DNA of 39,811 bases from a virus (taxonomy: Duplodnaviria > Caudoviricetes): positions 1 through 39,811 of IMG/VR virus record IMGVR_UViG_3300049136_000119; one strand, written 5' to 3'. The notes below the pieces were generated by a model. That model was not told the DNA's origin. It saw only the letters and a list, made by a program, of their open reading frames with translations, and made no database searches. Of the stretch, positions 33,998-39,811 are shown piece by piece (the first letter of the stretch is position 1; each line of letters begins with the position of its first letter). A program made the translations under genes and the position numbers.

Positions 33998-35035
33998 CTA
34001 GGACGTGCGGGGGTGGGTTCCGGTGAGGGCGACGGTGCGGCTGCGGGCGGTGCCGTCGATGGCGACCACACCTCGGCTGGCCAGGGTGTTCAAGGCTTCG
34101 TAGAAGGTCGCCTTGGGCAGATCGCACACCTCGCGCAGGGTGCTGGCCGCGACGGGGCCGATGTCGCCGAAGTGCGAACCAAGGACCCGGACTATCAGCT
34201 CCTGCGAATTGCTTAGTCCGGTGGCCGAAACCGAACTAACGACCACCGAGTCGAGCACAGGATTCAAGGTCAGACGCATGACGTCATCCACTGGTCCGTC
34301 CTTGCGCTTGGTACGCCGGAGTGTGACCAGTCGGGCGTCTCCCTCGGTCTGATAGACCGTGTCCACACCGGCCTCAAGTGCGCTGGAGCCGCGCACGGTC
34401 GTCTTGTCCTTCCCGGTGTGGTGGATGGCGGTGACAGTGCCGCCGTCCCCCGTGGCCTCGCGGATCTCGTACAGCGCGTCCACCGCGAGCCCCATGTCCC
34501 GGGCACTGTTCTCGTCGGCGCCGATGAGGCACCTGGCCAACGTGTCCACGGTGACGTGGCGGATGCCGCGTTCGCGCATCTGTTCGCACAGCTCGGCAAC
34601 CTCGGTGGGAGACATGAGGTTCACCGGGCGGGTGAGGACGAAGAACCGCTCGTCGGTGAGCTTGGCACCCCACCCGTACTCCCAGGCGTCGAGCCTGCGC
34701 TTCATGCCATAAGCGCCTTCGGCCGCGATGTACAGGACGGGCTCTTCGCCGTGGAGTGCGCGCGCTTGCCAGGGAAGGCCGGTGGTAATGCGGGCGGCCC
34801 AGTCCAGGGCGATGAAGGACTTGCCGCTTCCCCAGGGTCCGGCGAGGAGGATTACGGAGTGGCGATCGAGGGTGCCCTCGATGAGCGGTGAGGGTTCGGG
34901 CAGGGCCGCCAGCCCGGAGCGGGGCAGGATACGGGCGGCGATCCCGCGCGCTCGTTCTTGCTGCTCGGCGCGCATGAGGGCGGCGTACTCGTGCAGGATC
35001 GCCTCAAGGTCGGGGCGGGGAATGTGGTTCGTCAT
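33998..35035 (-). CDS. AAA_25 / RepA-like replicative helicase with C-terminal HTH
   Basis: Walker A GPWGSGKS, YIAAEG, VDTLAR, DENS, IHHTGKD, RGSSAL. Confidence 0.9.
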   Translation of the reverse strand: MTNHIPRPDLEAILHEYAALMRAEQQERARGIAARILPRSGLAALPEPSPLIEGTLDRHSVILLAGPWGSGKSFIALDWAARITTGLPWQARALHGEEPVLYIAAEGAYGMKRRLDAWEYGWGAKLTDERFFVLTRPVNLMSPTEVAELCEQMRERGIRHVTVDTLARCLIGADENSARDMGLAVDALYEIREATGDGGTVTAIHHTGKDKTTVRGSSALEAGVDTVYQTEGDARLVTLRRTKRKDGPVDDVMRLTLNPVLDSVVVSSVSATGLSNSQELIVRVLGSHFGDIGPVAASTLREVCDLPKATFYEALNTLASRGVVAIDGTARSRTVALTGTHPRTS

Positions 35036-35925
35036 GCGGTTCCTCGTGCCTTGGCGCGCCCGGAGGCGATGGCGTTCGTGATCTCGCGTTCGGTTCGGCC
35101 TTGGGCGCGGCCGACGTCGCGGATCTGTGGTCCCAGCACGTCCAGGTTCACCAGGCCGCGCGTCTCGTCCAGGGCCAGCCGGTAGATGCGGGAGACGAAG
35201 GTGGTGTGACGTTCTCCCTCGACGGCGAGCCTCATGTCCTCTAGGGCGCGGTCGGCGTAGGAACGCACCGGTCCTCGGAAGTTGGGAGCGGTGGGGGCAT
35301 AGGCGTGGTGAGCGGTGCGGCGCTGGGTGATGGACTGGAGGGCGTAGGTCAGCCAGCCCGGCAGAGGGGCGGGCGGGGTGTCGGTGACGGTCTCATAGGG
35401 CCGCTCGTTCACGACCGACCCGGGGCCGAGGACATAGCCGCCTTCGCCGCGCACGTCGATGAGCGGGGCGATGAGCCCCGCGCTGTTGCGGACGGTGAAC
35501 CCGGCGGGTGCCTGGAAGTAGAAGTGCATCCCGCCGCTGGGGGTCACGCTGACCATCGTGGCGAACAGGTCGCCGCCGGACAGGTCGTGCCCGGCCTGTT
35601 CGATGGCGTGGCAGTAGGCGTCGGTGCCGTCCCACGCCGGTCCGGCGATGTCGGCCCAGTCCGAGGGCCACCGCCACCCCTCCTTCGGCTTGTCGCAGTC
35701 GATGACGACGAGCCCGCTCTGCCCGCACGCGATCCCGATGTTGTCGGTCGGGTGTGCCCGCCAATGCGCGATGATCCCGCCCTCATCGTTGATCGCGTCG
35801 TGAACGCCCCGCGCCGAGTTGGGCTCCTTGCTGCCTGGTCGGCACGGGAAGATCCAGAAGCCGGCGCGCACGAGCGCCACAGCCCACTTCTGTTGATCGG
35901 TGGCCACCGCGGTTCCCCCACTCAC
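35032..35925 (-). CDS. Bifunctional DNA primase/polymerase (Prim-Pol)
   Basis: IFPCRPGSKEP, NIGIACG..GLVVIDCD, TPSGG.HFYF, IDVRG.GGYV..PGS. Confidence 0.92.
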   Translation of the reverse strand: MSGGTAVATDQQKWAVALVRAGFWIFPCRPGSKEPNSARGVHDAINDEGGIIAHWRAHPTDNIGIACGQSGLVVIDCDKPKEGWRWPSDWADIAGPAWDGTDAYCHAIEQAGHDLSGGDLFATMVSVTPSGGMHFYFQAPAGFTVRNSAGLIAPLIDVRGEGGYVLGPGSVVNERPYETVTDTPPAPLPGWLTYALQSITQRRTAHHAYAPTAPNFRGPVRSYADRALEDMRLAVEGERHTTFVSRIYRLALDETRGLVNLDVLGPQIRDVGRAQGRTEREITNAIASGRAKARGTA

Positions 35926-35988
35926 TCGTAGACGAAGGTGGGGGTTCCACCGCGCCCCCCAGTGCAGTGGAACCCCCGGACAGGTGGT

Positions 35989-36462
35989 CTAGAAGGGCGC
36001 CTCGTCATCCCGGGAAGGCGCCGGAGCCTGGAACGGGCTCGGGGCAGGAGGCTGAGGCGTGGGCGTCGGCGGGGCGGCGGTCCCCGTGGACGGTCGCGAG
36101 GCCAGGTAGGCGCGGGCGGTCGCCCGGTCCTGCTCGGTGGGGTTGAGCAGTCGCCACGGTGGGCTCTGGCCGGGTTTGGCCTCGCCCTGCCCCATCCGGC
36201 CGAGCACCATCTCCACACCGCCGTCCAGGGCTGCGCGGAGCTGACCGACGAGGTTCCTGCCGAAGAGCATGACGTCGTTGTGGACGGTGCCGGGGGTGGA
36301 GCCGTCGAGTTCGGCGATCCGACAACGGATGGCGTCGGTGGCACCATGGACGGTCTGCACGCCTGGTTCATAGGAGATCGGGCGGATGAGCAGGAGCTTG
36401 CCAAGTAGGTCGGCGGGCTTGATACCGGACGGTTCGGGCGGTGGGGCGAACGGGTCGGTCAC
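35989..36462 (-). CDS. Putative ssDNA-binding protein
   Basis: DL.G.LLLI.P, LGR.G.G.AKPGQSPPW.L; Pro-rich linker and acidic DDEAPF C-terminus. Confidence 0.6.
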   Translation of the reverse strand: MTDPFAPPPEPSGIKPADLLGKLLLIRPISYEPGVQTVHGATDAIRCRIAELDGSTPGTVHNDVMLFGRNLVGQLRAALDGGVEMVLGRMGQGEAKPGQSPPWRLLNPTEQDRATARAYLASRPSTGTAAPPTPTPQPPAPSPFQAPAPSRDDEAPF

Positions 36463-36486
36463 GGTGGTCCTCTCGTGCGTGGATGG

Positions 36487-37293
36487 TTACTGCCAGGCGG
36501 GAAGCCGGTTCCCGCCGCGTCGGCGCTGGTTGTAGAGGTCCACGAGAGCAGCGGCGACGCCGACACTGGTGGAGCCGCGGTGCTGGAGGCGTCGGCCTCG
36601 GGCGTCGCCGACCAGTCCGCGCGCACCTCCGGGGAAGTACTGGAGGCGCGTGACGAGGTCGTCCAGGGCGACATCCTGATGGCGGCGCAGGAACAGGCCC
36701 AAGCCGTTGAGCACATGCACGTTCACCGCGTCAGGTTGATGGCCCCAGGCGGCGGTCACCACGCCCAGGACGGCGTCCAGGGTCGTGCGGCCTTCCCGGC
36801 TACCGTCGTCGTAGACCTTGAACAGCGCGGACACGGCGTGGATGCGCTTCGCGGCCTGGCGACCGTCCACCTCCCACCCGTGGTCGCGGACGATGGCGAG
36901 GATGCCCGTCGCCACCGGTTCGCCCTCGGTCAGCCGCGCGAGGAATATCTGCATCGGCGTCACCTTCCGCGCCGAGTTCAACGCTCGGAACAGAGCGGCC
37001 TCCTGAGACAGCGACAGCCCTTCGTGAACGATGCACAGGACGGGAAAGTCCTCACCCTTGGCACGGCGGGCCAGTTCGGCACGGTTCTGCCCGTCGAGCA
37101 CGACGAAGGTGTCATCGCTGCGCAGACTGGTCACGAGCGCCCCCATCGCGTCGGGATTGAAGCGCTCGACGCGAGCGGCGACCCACTTCTCATCCACGGG
37201 CCTGGTGTTGACACGCGGGTCAGTCGACAGGTGCCCGACCTCGATCATGATCGTGTTGTCGGTGGCTCTCAGCAGCTCGCTGACGTCGGTCAT
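36487..37293 (-). CDS. DUF6551-like ParB/DGQHR-type protein
   Basis: L..DP..N.R, FNPDA.G.L.., VLDGQNR, EAALF..LN. Confidence 0.72.
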   Translation of the reverse strand: MTDVSELLRATDNTIMIEVGHLSTDPRVNTRPVDEKWVAARVERFNPDAMGALVTSLRSDDTFVVLDGQNRAELARRAKGEDFPVLCIVHEGLSLSQEAALFRALNSARKVTPMQIFLARLTEGEPVATGILAIVRDHGWEVDGRQAAKRIHAVSALFKVYDDGSREGRTTLDAVLGVVTAAWGHQPDAVNVHVLNGLGLFLRRHQDVALDDLVTRLQYFPGGARGLVGDARGRRLQHRGSTSVGVAAALVDLYNQRRRGGNRLPAWQ

Positions 37294-37904
37294 TTGGCGT
37301 ACTCCTTCATCCTGTTCTGGAGATCACGCAGGTGGGTGAGGGCGCGGTTGATGGACGGCTGCCACTGGCGGGCGGATTCAGGCGTCAGCACGGCGCGCAG
37401 ATCCTCGTGCGCGGCCAGCGACGCGCAAGTGGATGTCACCTCGGCAAGCCCAGAGACGAATCGCCCGGCCTGCTTGGACACTGGCGCTGACGCTGGGGCT
37501 GGTGCCGGGGGCGACACGGTCGGTGGGGCATGATGCTCGCGGTACCAGGCCAGATCGCGGCCGATCGTGTGCTCAGTCGCGCGCAGCGCGCGGGCGATGG
37601 CACGGCCGCTGTGCCCGAGCTGGTTCAGGAAGGCCACGACCGGGCGACGCTGGTCGGCAGTCAGGCGGGACCGGTCGGCGTTGAGCCGCCGGTTCACCTT
37701 CGCGCGGGCCTCGTCCTCGACGGCGACGGTCGTGCAGCTGTAGCCCACGTGCAGTTCCTCGGCGATACGCACACGGTGGCGTCCCTCTACGGGATCGCCG
37801 TCGGTGTCAAGGATGACGGGAATGAGGACGCCGAACTCGGCGATGGAGTCGCGCAAGGCGTCCTCGACTGCTGGGCTGAGCGGTTCGGGGGGCTGCCGGT
37901 TCAC
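37290..37904 (-). CDS. ParB-like N-terminal domain + HTH protein
   Basis: LS.....AL..SI...GVL.PV......VEGRHR; S.RAIA..L.....TI.RDL HTH; GTGA coupling. Confidence 0.75.
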   Translation of the reverse strand: MNRQPPEPLSPAVEDALRDSIAEFGVLIPVILDTDGDPVEGRHRVRIAEELHVGYSCTTVAVEDEARAKVNRRLNADRSRLTADQRRPVVAFLNQLGHSGRAIARALRATEHTIGRDLAWYREHHAPPTVSPPAPAPASAPVSKQAGRFVSGLAEVTSTCASLAAHEDLRAVLTPESARQWQPSINRALTHLRDLQNRMKEYAK

Positions 37905-38665
37905 TTCAAGGTGCCTTTCATCGGTCCGGGGCAGGCGGTGGTCAGGTCGGTGGCGTTGGGGCTGTAGTGGTCGCACCACGGGCACAACCGGGAAGGACTC
38001 GGCTCGGCGTCGGCTGGGGACACACCCCGCAGCGCCTCGACGCGCTCCAGGGCCGAGGCCGCAATGGTCGGGTCCACATCAGCGGCCCATACGTACAAGT
38101 CGCGCAGGCGACCGTCCACGGGCAGGAACACCAGCGCGGCGCGCTGCGGACTCTCCCCGGCCTCAGCCAGCCCAGCGGCGTAGATCTGCGACTGGATGAT
38201 GTAGGAGCGGGGAGGACCCTCGCGGCGGATGCCTCGAAGTCTGTCGAGCTTGCAGGTCTTCCAGTCGATGACCATGGCGCGGCGTCGGTCATACAGGTCG
38301 AGCGTGCCGGAGATACCCCGGTAGGTGGTGGGGTGCTCGACCAAGTACCTGCCGGTGCCACCGTCCAGGTCCTCGAAAAGCCCCGCCATCCAGGCGTGGA
38401 CAGCCGTGCCGACGATCGCCGCCCAGGGGTCAGCGGACAGGTTCGCGGGCGGGGTGCCCGCGAGGGTGTGCGCCAGCTCGCGATCGCACTCCGTTCCCAG
38501 TGACGACGGACCGGGCGTGCGCTGGAGCGAGCGCGGGGATTGGGCGGCGCGCGACCAGATCAACTCTTCTAGCCACTCGCCGACTCCCGGCATGTCTTGG
38601 CCCATCGCGAGCGCGGCCACCCCATCGCGGCCAATCTCCGACGGTGCCGAGAACGGATCGCTCAT
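37901..38665 (-). CDS. Cas4-like PD-(D/E)XK exonuclease
   Basis: GPSSLG.EC.R, GTAVH, GTLDLYD, IDWKT, QSQIYA.G, CPWC...C (4 Cys). Confidence 0.85.
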   Translation of the reverse strand: MSDPFSAPSEIGRDGVAALAMGQDMPGVGEWLEELIWSRAAQSPRSLQRTPGPSSLGTECDRELAHTLAGTPPANLSADPWAAIVGTAVHAWMAGLFEDLDGGTGRYLVEHPTTYRGISGTLDLYDRRRAMVIDWKTCKLDRLRGIRREGPPRSYIIQSQIYAAGLAEAGESPQRAALVFLPVDGRLRDLYVWAADVDPTIAASALERVEALRGVSPADAEPSPSRLCPWCDHYSPNATDLTTACPGPMKGTLK

Positions 38666-39054
38666 AGGTCGGAGCCGCTTCCCAGGATGGGTACGTCGGC
38701 TCCGAGGTAGGCGAGCAGCATGTCCGTGAACGTGCCGCCATCCAGAACGACGTACCACTGGTCAGGGTTGGTCTTGCCGCGCCGCTTGATCCACGCCGCG
38801 TACAGGGCGGCGTCGGCGTTGGTGGCCTGGAGGCGCGCGGAGTCCAGTGCGCCCGCGAGGTCGATCCGCTTGGTGTTCTTCACCTGGATGACCGTCTCTG
38901 GCACGCCTCGGATGTCACCGACGTCAGCGGCACCGTGGAGCGGGTGGCGGTCGATCCCGGTGGCAATGTCGGGCAGCCATGGGGAGATCCGGCCGCGCAA
39001 GAAGTTCACAACGGCGGTCTCCGCACGGGTGCCCTTGTCCCGTGCGGCGCTCAT
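38662..39054 (-). CDS. Holliday junction resolvase (Hjc-like)
   Basis: KGTRAE..V..FL, D.GDI, IQVKN, KRRG. Confidence 0.8.
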   Translation of the reverse strand: MSAARDKGTRAETAVVNFLRGRISPWLPDIATGIDRHPLHGAADVGDIRGVPETVIQVKNTKRIDLAGALDSARLQATNADAALYAAWIKRRGKTNPDQWYVVLDGGTFTDMLLAYLGADVPILGSGSDL

Positions 39055-39386
39055 GCGGCGTCCTCCATCTGCTCCACGGTCAGTCGGGTACGCAGGTGCT
39101 CCTCAGTCACGGTCTCGGCGACCTCGGGCCACGACTCCCGCAGCGCCGCGAGGTTCACCCGGCGTTCGGTGTAGGCACGCATCCGACCGATAGTGCGGCC
39201 CCGGAAGGTGAGCACCTGCGTGCCGGGATGCGTGGGCTCGCCGACCACAGCGCGCACGGCGGCCTCGGCCTCGGTGAAGCGGACCTTCGCGGCGGCCAGG
39301 GCGGCGCGGGCCATGACCAACTCGGTGGCGAGGTCTTGGGCGTCGGGGTGCGTGTCGAGGGGCACGGCCGTTTCTGGGGCGCTCAC
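39051..39386 (-). CDS. Hypothetical protein
   Basis: Coupled at both ends; R.N...LR...PEV motif. Confidence 0.65.
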   Translation of the reverse strand: MSAPETAVPLDTHPDAQDLATELVMARAALAAAKVRFTEAEAAVRAVVGEPTHPGTQVLTFRGRTIGRMRAYTERRVNLAALRESWPEVAETVTEEHLRTRLTVEQMEDAA

Positions 39387-39811
39387 ATGATCACCGTGTT
39401 GATGTCATCGGCGCGCCCGGCCAGGGTCGCCAGCGCCAACGAGCACGCCGCGAGCTTCCGGGTGTCGATGGCCGCCTCGATGAGGTCGTCCCACTGGCTC
39501 TGGTGGTTGTTGACGCGGGCGGTCATCATTCCCAAGGCCCACCGCAGCTCATAGGGAATCTCCTGCTCGCCGCCGACGTGACCGTTCTCGTCGCGGCTGA
39601 AGGCCACGGCGTGGCAGTGGTAGTGCGCTCCGGGCGCGGGTTTGGGCACGTGGGCTGTGGCCGCGTCGGCCAGGTGGACCAACGCCGTGCGAAAGCCCGC
39701 GTCGCCGTCGAGCATGTGGATCAGCAGCAGGGCGGCGCTCACTTGGGAGGTGTCACCGGCGCGCGCCGCGTTCAGAAGCGGTTCGTACAGGCCGTCGGGT
39801 CCGTTCTGCAC
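39383..39811 (-). CDS. Hypothetical protein (start at the window edge)
   Basis: Open frame coupled to the next gene by GTGA. Confidence 0.55.
   Translation of the reverse strand: MQNGPDGLYEPLLNAARAGDTSQVSAALLLIHMLDGDAGFRTALVHLADAATAHVPKPAPGAHYHCHAVAFSRDENGHVGGEQEIPYELRWALGMMTARVNNHQSQWDDLIEAAIDTRKLAACSLALATLAGRADDINTVIM

Larger units (their letters stand above)
1..39811. mobile_element. Actinobacterial siphovirus-like phage/prophage segment (ends not seen)
   Basis: Canonical lysis-tail-head-packaging order on the minus strand plus HNH, Prim-Pol, helicase, Cas4-like nuclease and resolvase; no host housekeeping genes. Confidence 0.95.

Noticed and set aside
4706-39386. Many proteins ending in Ala-Ala as a genome-wide degron system
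   Set aside because: Several cases (tape measure, adaptor, portal, 39051 ORF) follow from RBS/ATGA overlap geometry; only the MCP/MTP tails share extended similarity
1-39811. tRNA, rRNA, integrase/att sites, IS elements
   Set aside because: None recognisable by eye in this window

Overview
High-GC actinobacterial siphovirus-type (pro)phage segment. The host is probably a filamentous actinomycete (inference from the XRE/DUF397 and BldC-like genes). No integrase, repressor or att site lies in the window. Minus strand 1-17288 holds a complete late operon: terS, terL, portal, MuF/maturation-like protein, scaffold, capsid, head-tail proteins, tail tube, -1 frameshifted tail chaperone, tape measure with NlpC/P60, minor tails, holin-like genes and endolysin. 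Directly upstream of terS (17302-21508) is a probable DNA-hypermodification cluster: TET/JBP 2OG-Fe(II) dioxygenase, a TET-associated GT-A glycosyltransferase on the opposite strand, a ParB-like protein and a radical SAM/twitch enzyme, with no C5-methyltransferase in view. Between 21526 and 23240 are five intergenic copies of an unexplained 'GCCATGAATGCGYGC + hairpin' element, next to two matched promoters that drive a plus-strand block of hypothetical genes (22111-26603). After HNH and small DNA-binding genes comes a host-like island (27713-33062): XRE/DUF397/HATPase, two BldC-like HTH genes and a RiPP-like trio (radical SAM-SPASM, a 41-aa Cys/Asp peptide missed by the ORF track, and a GNAT). 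33057-39811 is a minus-strand replication/recombination module (AAA helicase, Prim-Pol, SSB-like, two ParB-like genes, Cas4-like nuclease, resolvase). Family calls come from motif recognition by eye, and many starts were adjusted using RBS or stop/start overlaps.
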